A stretch of 64,000 nt of DNA from Candidatus Magasanikiibacteriota bacterium (GCA_041665025.1 JBAYJP010000002.1:196820-260819), one strand, 5' to 3'; counted from the stretch's first letter, positions 1 through 9,174 are shown. Made by a program: numbers and translations. The notes: generated by a model not told the origin, from the sequence alone.

Positions 1-4
1 TTTT

Positions 5-3000
5 ATGGGACCTATAGATTCACGTTCTGTCCAGATGCTACGCCTTGGACAAGAGAACAATATACAGTTTAGCTATACAGATAATGGGCTTCGTTTTAAA
101 CGAGTATTTAGCGTCGAGGGAAGAAGTCCATTTGATATGGTCGAATATGATCGAAGGACTTCTATTATCCGCGAACCAGATGGAACCGTGGTGTTTGAAA
201 TGAAAGATATTGAAATCCCTAAACAATGGTCTCAGGTGGCGACCGATATTATTGCACAAAAATATTTTCGTAAAACAGGCGTACCACAATACGATGAACA
301 AGGGAAGCCGAAGATCAATCGTGACGGGTCTCCCATGCTTGGACCCGAAACGAGCGCTAAACAAACCATTCATCGTATTGCGGGAACGTGGAGATATTGG
401 GGAGAAAAATATGCATATTTTGCAAGCGAACAAGATGCACAGATCTTTTATGATGAAATTGTGGTTATGATGCTTCGCCAAATGGCTGCACCAAATTCTC
501 CTCAGTGGTTCAATACGGGCCTCAATTGGGCATATGGCATCAATAGTGAAGCACAGGGCCATTATTATGTAGATCCAGACACTGGAGTCATGACAAAAGC
601 AAAAGACGCATATACCCATCCACAGCCACATGCATGCTTTATACAATCAATAAAAGATGATTTGGTAAATGAAGGCGGTATTATGGATTTGTGGGTGCGT
701 GAAGCTCGACTATTTAAATATGGATCTGGGACAGGTACCAATTTTTCATCTCTCCGCGGAGCTGGCGAGCCATTGTCTGGAGGCGGAAAATCATCAGGAC
801 TTATGAGTTGGCTTCGTATTGGGGACAGAGCTGCGGGCGCTATTAAATCTGGCGGCACCACACGCCGTGCGGCAAAGATGGTTACCCTTGATTTGGATCA
901 TCCAGACATTGAATTGTTTATTGATTGGAAAGTAAAAGAGGAAAAGAAAGTTGCGGCTCTTATTGCAGCGGGGTATCCAAGCGACTACGAAGGAGAAGCA
1001 TACTCGACAGTATCTGGACAAAATTCCAACAATTCAGTACGCGTGCCCCATAAATTTATGGAATCGCTTGAACATGATGGTTCTTGGAATTTGACATGGC
1101 GTACTGATGGAAGTGTGTGTAAGTCAATTAAGTCGCGCGATTTGTGGGATAAAATTGCGTATGCTGCATGGGCCTGTGCAGACCCGGGCATCCAATATGA
1201 TAGTACGATAAATGAATGGCATACCTGTCCTCAGTCGGGGAAAATAAACGCGTCAAATCCTTGCTCTGAATACATGTTTTTGGATAATACGGCATGCAAT
1301 CTCGCTTCATTTAATTTGGCACATTTTTATAATCAAGAGAATCACGAGTTTGAAGTTAATAATTTTAAACATGCAGTCCGTTTGTGGACCGTGATACTTG
1401 AAGTAAGCGTGCTTATGGCACAGTTTCCCAGCCGTGAAATCGCGCAAGGTAGCTACGATTTCCGCACGCTTGGGCTTGGGTATGCAAATCTTGGATCAGT
1501 CCTTATGACTGCGGGTATTCCATACGAATCAGAAGATGCCTATGCATTTGCAGGGACAATAACTGCGCTTATGACCGCGGAAAGCTATAAAACAAGCGCG
1601 GAAATGGCGCGATTTTTGGGTGCTTTTCCAAAGTTTGAAAGTAACAGAAAAGATATGCTCCGTGTTATGAGAAATCATAAACGCGCGGCATTTAATGCGC
1701 CCGCAAGTGAGTATGAAAAATTGGATGTTATGCCTGTTGGTATCAATCCACAGTATGCGCCAGCGTATCTCATCGCCGCTGCACGGGAAAGTTGGAATGA
1801 AGTGGTAGAAATGGGAGAACAGTATGGATTTAGAAATGCGCAAACAACATTGCTTGCGCCTACCGGGACAATAGGGCTTCTGATGGATTGTGCAACTACT
1901 GGCGTAGAACCAGATTTTGCATTGGTAAAATTTAAAAAATTAGCCGGCGGAGGTTATTTCCGCATTGTAAATGAGTCAGTCCCTTCTGCCCTTAAAAATT
2001 TGGGTTATAATGAGACCCAAGTAACTGACATGCTCAATTACATGCGTGGTACTGCTGACATTACGCGCGCACCATATATCAATGCAGAAACCTTGAAGCA
2101 AAAGGGATTTACTGATGAAGATTTAAAACAAGTGAACAAAGCGTTGGAAGGAGCATTTGAAATAAAATTTGTTTTCAATGTATGGTCGCTTGGCGAAGAT
2201 GTATTGAAACGCACAGGGTTTACCTCAGTAGAATATAATGATCCAAATTTTAATATGCTCAAAGGCCTTGGATTTACTGATGAACACATAGAAGCGGCCA
2301 ATGAATATGTCTGCGGCACCATGACCATAGAAGGTACACCTCATCTGAAAGCAGAACATTATCCAGTGTTTGATACGGCAAATAAAAACGGCAAAAAAGG
2401 GAAACGATTTATTTACTACATGGGCCATGTAAGGATGATGGCAGCGGTACAGCCATTTTTGTCAGGTGCCATAAGCAAGACGATAAACATGCCTCATGAA
2501 GCAACAGTGGAAGATATTAAGCGAGCATATCAAGAATCATGGAAAGTCGGTCTCAAGGCAGTTGCCCTGTATCGTGATGGCTGTAAATTGAGCCAACCGC
2601 TTTCGACCAAATCAAAGAGTAGTACTGAAGATAAAAAAGAAAAAGCCGAACAAAAAATTATAGAAGAACACAAAGAAGAAGTATTACAAATTTCCAAAAT
2701 GGTGAACGCAGATGAAATGGACGATGCAATATTTCAGGCAAGCCAAATTTTGAGCCAACATGCAGGCATTCACACGCCGATGGAATCATATACCAAAGAT
2801 GGCGAGGTGGCAGAACGGCGCGTCTATTTGCACGGTGAAAAACGCAGGCTTCCGGCAAAACGCAGTGGTATAACCGTTGCTGCAAAAGTTGGCAACCAGC
2901 AGATTTGGCTGCGGACTGGCGAATATCCAAACGGCCAATTGGCTGAAATATTTGTGGACATGTACAAAGAAGGCGCTGCAGTACGAAGTTTGCTCAATAT

Positions 3001-3505
3001 GTTTGCTATTTCAGTATCCATGGGATTGCAATATGGCGTCCCGCTTGAAAAATACGTAGAAAATTTTGTCTTTACACGTTTTGAACCAAGTGGATTTACT
3101 GATCATCCAAATATCAAGAACTGTACATCCATTATTGACTTTGTATTCCGCGTGCTTGGTATGGAATATTTGGGGCGAACAGATTTTGTCCAAGTTCCGC
3201 CAAAAGGAATTCAAAAAAAGAAATTTGAAAATCTTGCAAAAATTGCAGAAAACAAATCTGCGCAAGAGACAATGGAATTAGAGACCCCAGCTGTAAAAGA
3301 AGGAGTGAGCGAGGACATGAGGGGTATAAACCAGAGTTCTCTGCCTATTCTGGAAAAAGAAGAAAACCAGACAAATGCATCGGATGCGGCGCTTTCCAAT
3401 ATGATGGGAGATGCACCGGCTTGTCCAACCTGCGGACATATTACAGTACGAAATGGAAGTTGTTATAAGTGTTTGAACTGTGGAGATAGTTTGGGGTGTA
3501 GTTAG
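5..3505 (+). CDS. nrdJ: Ribonucleotide reductase class II (adenosylcobalamin-dependent, NrdJ-type), with C-terminal Cys4 zinc-ribbon; 5' end may lie upstream of window
   Basis: 1166-aa ORF; N-terminal region 'DMVEYDRRTSIIREPDGTVVFEMKDIEIPKQWSQVATDIIAQKYFRK' and 'PCSEYMFLDNTACNLASFNL' typical of class II RNR; C-terminal 'CPTCGHITVRNGSCYKCLNCG'; no in-window stop upstream of position 5. Confidence 0.85.
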   Translation: MGPIDSRSVQMLRLGQENNIQFSYTDNGLRFKRVFSVEGRSPFDMVEYDRRTSIIREPDGTVVFEMKDIEIPKQWSQVATDIIAQKYFRKTGVPQYDEQGKPKINRDGSPMLGPETSAKQTIHRIAGTWRYWGEKYAYFASEQDAQIFYDEIVVMMLRQMAAPNSPQWFNTGLNWAYGINSEAQGHYYVDPDTGVMTKAKDAYTHPQPHACFIQSIKDDLVNEGGIMDLWVREARLFKYGSGTGTNFSSLRGAGEPLSGGGKSSGLMSWLRIGDRAAGAIKSGGTTRRAAKMVTLDLDHPDIELFIDWKVKEEKKVAALIAAGYPSDYEGEAYSTVSGQNSNNSVRVPHKFMESLEHDGSWNLTWRTDGSVCKSIKSRDLWDKIAYAAWACADPGIQYDSTINEWHTCPQSGKINASNPCSEYMFLDNTACNLASFNLAHFYNQENHEFEVNNFKHAVRLWTVILEVSVLMAQFPSREIAQGSYDFRTLGLGYANLGSVLMTAGIPYESEDAYAFAGTITALMTAESYKTSAEMARFLGAFPKFESNRKDMLRVMRNHKRAAFNAPASEYEKLDVMPVGINPQYAPAYLIAAARESWNEVVEMGEQYGFRNAQTTLLAPTGTIGLLMDCATTGVEPDFALVKFKKLAGGGYFRIVNESVPSALKNLGYNETQVTDMLNYMRGTADITRAPYINAETLKQKGFTDEDLKQVNKALEGAFEIKFVFNVWSLGEDVLKRTGFTSVEYNDPNFNMLKGLGFTDEHIEAANEYVCGTMTIEGTPHLKAEHYPVFDTANKNGKKGKRFIYYMGHVRMMAAVQPFLSGAISKTINMPHEATVEDIKRAYQESWKVGLKAVALYRDGCKLSQPLSTKSKSSTEDKKEKAEQKIIEEHKEEVLQISKMVNADEMDDAIFQASQILSQHAGIHTPMESYTKDGEVAERRVYLHGEKRRLPAKRSGITVAAKVGNQQIWLRTGEYPNGQLAEIFVDMYKEGAAVRSLLNMFAISVSMGLQYGVPLEKYVENFVFTRFEPSGFTDHPNIKNCTSIIDFVFRVLGMEYLGRTDFVQVPPKGIQKKKFENLAKIAENKSAQETMELETPAVKEGVSEDMRGINQSSLPILEKEENQTNASDAALSNMMGDAPACPTCGHITVRNGSCYKCLNCGDSLGCS

Positions 3506-3532
3506 TTTTTAAAGTAAGAATAAAGATAAAAC

Positions 3533-3560
3533 AAAAAATTCGCCATCAGGCGAATTTTTT
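3533..3560. terminator. Bidirectional intrinsic terminator (aaaaaattcgcc-atca-ggcgaatttttt)
   Basis: Perfect 7-bp GC-containing stem flanked by A-tract and T-tract, between convergent nrdJ and GC-island gene. Confidence 0.7.
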
Positions 3561-3622
3561 GGATCTTACTTTGTGCGCAAAGTTGATGTCCCTCCTTTCC
3601 TCCTTGTGGAACATCATGTTGA

Positions 3623-4198
3623 CTACAGCTCCCATGCGAAGTTCAGCCTGACGCCGAACATCATGAGGTCCATGTCGGTGGTGATGTTGTGAAGATAGCC
3701 GAATGGCAAGATGAGCGTGAGGTGGTCGCTGATGGGGAACGCGGGCATGACCACTGCGCCAACGATATCTTGGTCGGTTGGCGCGCCTCCATCGAAGTCA
3801 TGGACGTATCGATAGATGACCGAAATGCCGAGCAGAAGCGGGGCGTTGTTGATCTTGTAGTTCGCTCCGACCATGACCTGCAGGGCCGGTTCGAACTTCG
3901 CGAGCGACGTGGCGAATGCAGCTTCACCGAAGACACTGAAGCCTTCGCCGACCGGGACGATGAGGTCTACGCCGTGTACGATTCCGACAGGCATCCCTTC
4001 TCCCGTCTTCGTGTCCAGAACGTAGGAGATCTGATTCCCTACACCGATCTTCACCTGGGCGTTGGCTTCGCGTCCGAGGAGGCAGATACCTGTGCTGAGT
4101 ACGACGACGATGAAGAATGCAAGACTGACAAGCACCAGCCTTGCCGTCGTCTCTCCGCATGGCCGGTAGGGATCCTCGATATATTGGGGAGTCTTCAT
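3623..4198 (-). CDS. High-GC island gene: membrane-anchored/secreted beta-rich protein (N-terminal TM/signal, alternating hydrophobic beta-strand pattern, C-terminal aromatic 'NFAWEL')
   Basis: 191-aa ORF with strong SD (caGGAGAcaacaccATG); GC3-rich codon usage (GGC, GTC, CTG, ATC) unlike neighbours; TM segment LVLVSLAFFIVVVLSTGICLLG then ANA|Q. Confidence 0.6.
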   Translation of the reverse strand: MKTPQYIEDPYRPCGETTARLVLVSLAFFIVVVLSTGICLLGREANAQVKIGVGNQISYVLDTKTGEGMPVGIVHGVDLIVPVGEGFSVFGEAAFATSLAKFEPALQVMVGANYKINNAPLLLGISVIYRYVHDFDGGAPTDQDIVGAVVMPAFPISDHLTLILPFGYLHNITTDMDLMMFGVRLNFAWEL

Positions 4199-4364
4199 GG
4201 TGTTGTCTCCTGCCTGGTATTATCACCCCACAGGCTGGGTAGTTGAGAAAGAACATTTCAAGCTTGATAGCACAGTTTATCATGTAAAATTATATTTGTC
4301 AAGCATATTTAGCTAAAATAAGCTAAATAGTTCAGTATTTAACTATGATAATTTTGGTCTATAT

Positions 4365-4393
4365 TTGACAAAAATGGCTTAATCTAGTATATT
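4365..4393 (+). promoter_or_regulatory. Sigma70-like promoter for TrmB-like gene (TTGACA-17nt-TATATT), near-leaderless
   Basis: Consensus -35 TTGACA 4365-4370, 17-nt spacer, -10 TATATT 4388-4393, ATG at 4412 without SD. Confidence 0.5.
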
Positions 4394-4411
4394 TTATCTA
4401 TCATAAAAAAT

Positions 4412-5929
4412 ATGATAGAACAAGAGCTTAAACAACTTGGTTTTCATAAGAATGAGATAAAAGTTTATCTTGCGTTATTTGAATTGGGAAAGGGCAAGGC
4501 CGGCGAGATAATTGAAGCAGCTAATATTCACAGAAATTTGGTATACACCGCGCTAGATGTACTCGTTGGGCGCGGGCTTGTTACTAAAACAAATGTAAAT
4601 GGAATTGCAATGTTCACTCTTAGTTCTCCAGGTAATTTGCTAGAAGAAATTGATCACAAAAGACAATTGACTCAAAAAATTGTGGAAGAATTAAAAAGTA
4701 GGCAAGAAAAAATGTTACGTGAGATAACTATTTTTGAAGGATTTGATGGAATAAAACGAGCGACACGTCAGAATTTTCAAGCAGAAAAAGGTGAGACTGT
4801 GTATGTGCTTGGAGCTTCCACGCACGAGATTCTATCAGACTTATCTATGCGATGGCGCGCGTATGATAAAAAAAGAATAGAGAAAGGAATTGGATTTAAA
4901 GCATTGTATGGGCGAGGAACTGATCAGCACATTCTAGATGGAAAAAATGTATTACCTATGACAGAAGCAAAATACATGCCAAGCGATATTGATGCTCCGA
5001 TGTGGTTCAATATATGTGGTGATGTTAGTTCCATCGTTGCGATAGACAAAGAACCTATTGCAATCAATATAAAAAGCAAACAAATAGCAAATGGTCTAAA
5101 ACAATACTTTAATCATCTGTGGAACCAAAAAACTATAACATTTCAGGGAAATGAGGGTTTTGAAAAGGCTTTTGGTGATATATTACAAACATTACAAAGC
5201 GGAGATGAATTATTGGTTATGGGTATGTTTGATTTTGACCCAGAGTTTGCTCAAATGATTGCACAGTTTCATGAAAAGAGATCGAAAAAAGGCATTAAAG
5301 CAAAGATTTTATTGAATGAAAATGCATGCAAGCTTGGTGACATATTGAAATATTTACCACACACAAATATTAAATACATGCAAAAGGGGATTGTTACACC
5401 GGCAGTATTTCTTTTGTATAAAAACAAGACAGTAATTAGCTTGCCGAACCAAAGGACGTTCATTCAAATAGAGAATGAAGAGGCGACCGAATCGTTTCGT
5501 GTGTATTTTTACAATCTATGGAATCAAGAAGAAAGGATCTTGCAAGGTCCAGAGGCATTAAAAGAACTGTGGTTGGAAGGTATTGACACTAAAGAAATAC
5601 GATGGATTGGAGCTCGAGGTTATTTTGTGGATAATTATCCAAAATTTTTCGAGGAAATATGCCACAAAGCAGAACAGACGTCTGGTCTCAAATGTAAATT
5701 AATTATTGATCCAGGTTTTCGCGGTCATATCTTGACTCGTCTGTCATGGATTGAAACACGTTATAATTTGTCCTCAATAAAAAACCCCAATGCTGTTTGG
5801 CTTTTTGGTAATAAAGTACTTATTATAAGTTGGGCAAAAAAGGAACCAGTGATTTTCCTTACTACGAATTCTACTGTAGTACAAAGCTATAATGATTATT
5901 TTGAAGAATTGTGGAATATGAAAAAATAG
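4412..5929 (+). CDS. TrmB-family HTH transcriptional regulator with triplicated C-terminal domain
   Basis: N-terminus 'KNEIKVYLALFELGKGKAGEIIEAANIHRNLVYTALDVLVGRGLV' matches TrmB wHTH; three internal repeats ending ...YFNHLWNQK / ...YFYNLWNQEE / ...YFEELWNMKK. Confidence 0.7.
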   Translation: MIEQELKQLGFHKNEIKVYLALFELGKGKAGEIIEAANIHRNLVYTALDVLVGRGLVTKTNVNGIAMFTLSSPGNLLEEIDHKRQLTQKIVEELKSRQEKMLREITIFEGFDGIKRATRQNFQAEKGETVYVLGASTHEILSDLSMRWRAYDKKRIEKGIGFKALYGRGTDQHILDGKNVLPMTEAKYMPSDIDAPMWFNICGDVSSIVAIDKEPIAINIKSKQIANGLKQYFNHLWNQKTITFQGNEGFEKAFGDILQTLQSGDELLVMGMFDFDPEFAQMIAQFHEKRSKKGIKAKILLNENACKLGDILKYLPHTNIKYMQKGIVTPAVFLLYKNKTVISLPNQRTFIQIENEEATESFRVYFYNLWNQEERILQGPEALKELWLEGIDTKEIRWIGARGYFVDNYPKFFEEICHKAEQTSGLKCKLIIDPGFRGHILTRLSWIETRYNLSSIKNPNAVWLFGNKVLIISWAKKEPVIFLTTNSTVVQSYNDYFEELWNMKK

Positions 5930-5975
5930 AGAAACATTATTGCTATTTCAGTGCCTTTATGATTAAATCGTTTTT

Positions 5976-6779
5976 ATGTCACCTAGCAATCTAGAAATTT
6001 TGTATAAGTATCTTCAAAAAATCGAACACGTTTCTTATTTTGTTTTACCTGCAAAAGAGTCTGCAAATTGGGTGTTGGTTTTGAGGACATTATTTAGAAA
6101 GTTAAAAGAAGAAATTGGGAATGAAAAGCTACCCGAGTTTCAGGCTGTTTTTAATCTCTTGTGTGAAGATAGAATAAACGAATACAAATTAGCAAAAAAT
6201 TTACATAGTTTTCTTTTAAAATTATATACTAAATCCTTTGATCAATTCAGTAGTTTGCTCGATAACATAGAAAAAAGGTCACTGAATTTTTGGATGAGTG
6301 AAGAACAAGCATATAAGATGCGCATATCAAAAGAAAGGGTTCAAGTTGTCGAACATGATGTATCTCTTTTGCAAAATGAAATGCAGTTATATGCACTTGA
6401 TTATTTTTTTAGCATGCAAAAATGGTTTGCAACTTCTGATAACAAGCAGAAATTGGTACTAATTTTTTATGGGAAAAACAATTTACCTTCACTCAAGGAT
6501 GATGCATTGGAAGATGATATGCTTGACAAAGTTGTATACCAGATGTGGGATTGGAGATTGAAAGTCAAAATGGTGAATGATTATTTTGATTATAAAAAAT
6601 CTTTTGTTAACGCCAAAAAGGAACATATATCGGATAAACAGTTGGTTGAAATTGAAGAATCTCTGCGTCGTTATTGCAAACAGTTGCTTGATATATCAAT
6701 ACAACATGGAATTCAAAAAATTGAAAACGGATTACTGTTGCCATATGGAAATATATATCTAAACAAAATAATCTTATAA
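5976..6779 (+). CDS. Hypothetical protein (267 aa), apparently co-operonic with downstream methyltransferase (1-nt gap)
   Basis: Long ORF, no recognisable motifs; stop 6779 / next start 6781. Confidence 0.5.
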   Translation: MSPSNLEILYKYLQKIEHVSYFVLPAKESANWVLVLRTLFRKLKEEIGNEKLPEFQAVFNLLCEDRINEYKLAKNLHSFLLKLYTKSFDQFSSLLDNIEKRSLNFWMSEEQAYKMRISKERVQVVEHDVSLLQNEMQLYALDYFFSMQKWFATSDNKQKLVLIFYGKNNLPSLKDDALEDDMLDKVVYQMWDWRLKVKMVNDYFDYKKSFVNAKKEHISDKQLVEIEESLRRYCKQLLDISIQHGIQKIENGLLLPYGNIYLNKIIL

Positions 6780-6780
6780 T

Positions 6781-7929
6781 ATGAAATTTTTTGATAGAAA
6801 AGAACCTCCTAAAGAAGATGGTGGGGAAAGTGAAAAGAAAGAAAAGGCCTCGAATTTTAAGTTGAAAGATCTGTTTGCTCGTATTGTTAGAAAGATAACA
6901 AATCTTCTTTCAGCTCCATTTGGTGAATTTGGAGAAGACGAGAAAGAATTATTTGAGCGCCAATTTAATCCGCGTGAATATATTGAATTGTATTATCCAC
7001 CAATAGATAAGGAATCGGTTAAACACATTTCAGATATTTTAGCTCGCGTAGAGGTACGAGAGATGGGTGAAGATGGAGTTAAATTGACAAAGATAGATGG
7101 TAGGCTTTTGGCACGGCAGTTTGAACACGGTTCAACCGAGGGGAAATCCATCGAGTTGCTCGAAAATTATTGCATTTATGATTTTGTAGCTCGAAAGGCC
7201 TTGCCTGCAATGCTTACAAAACGACCTGAGGATCATTTTAGTGTTCTAGATGTTGGCGGTGGGCCAACGGTATATCAGCATATCCCTCTTCTTGGTGTAT
7301 CAGACAAAATTACGCACGCAGAATATTTGGAAGCAAATAGACAAGAGATTGCAACCTGGAAGCAGGAGAAAGGGTACGATTGGTCTAGTTATATCGCATG
7401 CTGGCAATCATACCTCGCACTGCATCCCGAAGCCTATTCAATGGCCATGAAAGATGTTAGAGATGTGTTAGATAATTTATCTACCAAAGATCCGAGCATT
7501 TATAATCAAGAGATGGCTAAACGTATAGAGGACGTAATACCTGTGGATGTTTTCAGCCCAAACATTCTTTCTAGCCAAGAAGGATATGATGCTGTTTCTG
7601 TAGGAAAATGGGGTTGTGTCGATTTGTTAACTTCCCATTTCTGTATAGAATCAGCTACTGCAGATCCCAATAGGTGGAGAATAGGAATAGGCAATATTGC
7701 AAAAAAAGTGAATGAGGGAGGTTTTCTTATTATGACAGCTATTCGAAATGCTGAATGGTATAAGGTGGGGGATAATAAATTACCTGCTGTTCCTGTTGAT
7801 TACACAGCCATAGCAAATGAATTGAAAAAACATGGTTTCAAAGTTCTTGAAGGTACCGAATTACTCACCCATAACCAAAAAGAAGTCGGATATGATGGTA
7901 TGATTTTTATACTCGTTCAAAAACAATAA
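6781..7929 (+). CDS. NNMT/PNMT/TEMT-family SAM-dependent small-molecule N-methyltransferase, with ~60-aa low-complexity N-terminal extension
   Basis: 'FNPREYIELYY' resembles NNMT 'FNPRDYLEKYY'; SAM motif I 'VLDVGGGPTVYQHIPL' resembles NNMT 'LIDIGSGPTIYQLLSA'. Confidence 0.65.
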   Translation: MKFFDRKEPPKEDGGESEKKEKASNFKLKDLFARIVRKITNLLSAPFGEFGEDEKELFERQFNPREYIELYYPPIDKESVKHISDILARVEVREMGEDGVKLTKIDGRLLARQFEHGSTEGKSIELLENYCIYDFVARKALPAMLTKRPEDHFSVLDVGGGPTVYQHIPLLGVSDKITHAEYLEANRQEIATWKQEKGYDWSSYIACWQSYLALHPEAYSMAMKDVRDVLDNLSTKDPSIYNQEMAKRIEDVIPVDVFSPNILSSQEGYDAVSVGKWGCVDLLTSHFCIESATADPNRWRIGIGNIAKKVNEGGFLIMTAIRNAEWYKVGDNKLPAVPVDYTAIANELKKHGFKVLEGTELLTHNQKEVGYDGMIFILVQKQ

Positions 7930-7934
7930 AACAT

Positions 7935-8483
7935 ATGCCCAAAATTTACACTAAAACTGGAGACAAGGGACAAACTTCTCTCCTCGGAGGCAAACGCATT
8001 TCAAAAAGCTGTCTTGAAATGGATGCCATAGGAGAAATAGACGAACTTAACGCTTTCCTAGGTATTTTGATTGAAGAAATAGAGGACGATTTTAAGGCTG
8101 AGAAAAGAAAGTTGATAGGAGTACAACGCAGTTTGTTTGTTGTAGGAGCTATCTTGGCATCAGTTCAGACGAAGTTAATAAAAGTTCCAAAATTAAAAAA
8201 TACAGAAGTTGTAAAATTAGAAACATGGATTGACAAAATGGAAAAGGAATTACCTCGTTTAACTCAATTTATTTTACCAACCGGTGCAGAAGGGGCGACG
8301 TGCAGTTTTTATGCGCGTGCAATTTGTCGGCGTGCAGAGCGACGTATCGTTCAATTATCTAACGTATATCCTTTGGAGCCAATTATTAATACATATATAA
8401 ATCGTTTAAGTGATGTGTTGTTTGTTTTTGGTAGATGGATAAATATGAAAGAAGGAATAAAAGAAATAAAGTGGAAAAAATGA
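7935..8483 (+). CDS. pduO: ATP:cob(I)alamin adenosyltransferase, PduO/MMAB type
   Basis: N-terminal 'KIYTKTGDKGQTSLLGGKRISKS...AIGEIDELNAFLG' hallmark of PduO-type ATR. Confidence 0.85.
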   Translation: MPKIYTKTGDKGQTSLLGGKRISKSCLEMDAIGEIDELNAFLGILIEEIEDDFKAEKRKLIGVQRSLFVVGAILASVQTKLIKVPKLKNTEVVKLETWIDKMEKELPRLTQFILPTGAEGATCSFYARAICRRAERRIVQLSNVYPLEPIINTYINRLSDVLFVFGRWINMKEGIKEIKWKK

Positions 8484-8837
8484 TTAAATAAAAAAACCGC
8501 CTCGGTCACTGCTTTTCGGCTTTATTTGTTTGAGTTTAAATAAAGCGGAGGTGAGATAGATGAAAGCAGTTTGCGCTGAGACGGTCTTTTTTAACCTTCC
8601 ATACAGATCGAGTACATAGGTAGCTAATTGAAGTTGAGTAGTTTAATATCCTCCTAATCCCCATGTTTTGTGTTTGTGTTTGTATTGTAGTTTTTACATA
8701 CGATCACCTCCTCAAAATTAATGGTAAGTTAGCTTCAGGAGATGTGCAGTCCCCTTACTGATAGTATTACTCATACAAAGTTAGTATAGTATCTCTACAT
8801 AACAAGTCAATCGCACACAACCGGGAAAGTGGATAAT

Positions 8838-8937
8838 GAGTGTATATCCTATGGATAAATAAAGGATTCTATAGTTACTCCTCGGCTCGGAAAAACAAAT
8901 GTGAATTTGCTCTTCTCTCACCTGCCTCGTAAATAAA
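8838..8937 (+). repeat. ~95-nt repeat element copy A (second copy at 38075-38160, opposite strand); contains GNRA hairpin caaat-GTGA-atttg
   Basis: ~90% identity with revcomp of 38075-38160, including 'TAGTTACTCCTCGGCTCGGAAAA' and 'TTCTCTCACCTGC'; followed directly by terminator. Confidence 0.7.
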
Positions 8938-8939
8938 AA

Positions 8940-8965
8940 ATACTGAACTGATTCAGTATTTTAGT
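8940..8965. terminator. Bidirectional intrinsic terminator (aatactgaa-ctga-ttcagtatt + T-tract)
   Basis: Perfect 9-bp inverted repeat flanked by A/T tracts, between repeat element and tRNA-Leu. Confidence 0.65.
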
Positions 8966-8968
8966 GTG

Positions 8969-9052
8969 TGCCGCGGGCGGGAATCGAACCCGCACTCTCT
9001 TGCGAGAAAGGGATTTTAAGTCCCTCGTGTATACCAGTTTCACCACCGCGGC
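8969..9052 (-). tRNA. tRNA-Leu (anticodon TAA), type II with long variable arm
   Basis: Manual fold: acceptor GCCGCGG/CCGCGGC, anticodon loop CTTAAAA, variable arm hairpin TCTC-GCAA-GAGA, T-arm GCGGG-TTCGATT-CCCGC; CCA not encoded. Confidence 0.8.
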
Positions 9053-9103
9053 ATGTCTAAATTATTGAGAAAATCATACCATATACTTGTGAAGATATCA
9101 AGG

Positions 9104-9132
9104 TTGACAAAATCGCAGTAATTGCCTATACT
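9104..9132 (+). promoter_or_regulatory. Sigma70-like promoter upstream of ftsH (TTGACA-17-TATACT)
   Basis: -35 TTGACA 9104-9109, 17-nt spacer, -10 TATACT 9127-9132. Confidence 0.5.
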
Positions 9133-9174
9133 CCCTCTTACTTTTATTGTAGAATTACTTTATATTTAAGTTAT

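Noticed and set aside
38-646. Many 60-200-aa ORFs antisense or out of frame within nrdJ, ftsH, rpoB, ftsK, acd etc. listed in the ORF track
   Set aside because: Fully embedded in strongly supported conserved genes; AT-rich genomes generate such shadows.
3689-4246. 185-aa + strand ORF (and other long ORFs) inside GC island 1, and similar multi-frame ORFs in islands 2 and 3 (e.g. 21965-22657 minus, 230 aa)
   Set aside because: Antisense to SD-preceded genes with coherent GC3 codon usage. Their translations are R/P/acidic low-complexity, typical of spurious ORFs in GC-rich DNA.
8700-8715. 16S rRNA 3'-end-like 'GATCACCTCCT' and a minus-strand SD+ATG+TAA start-stop
   Set aside because: No flanking rRNA sequence; an isolated anti-SD-like word in a 380-nt noncoding stretch; too short to call.
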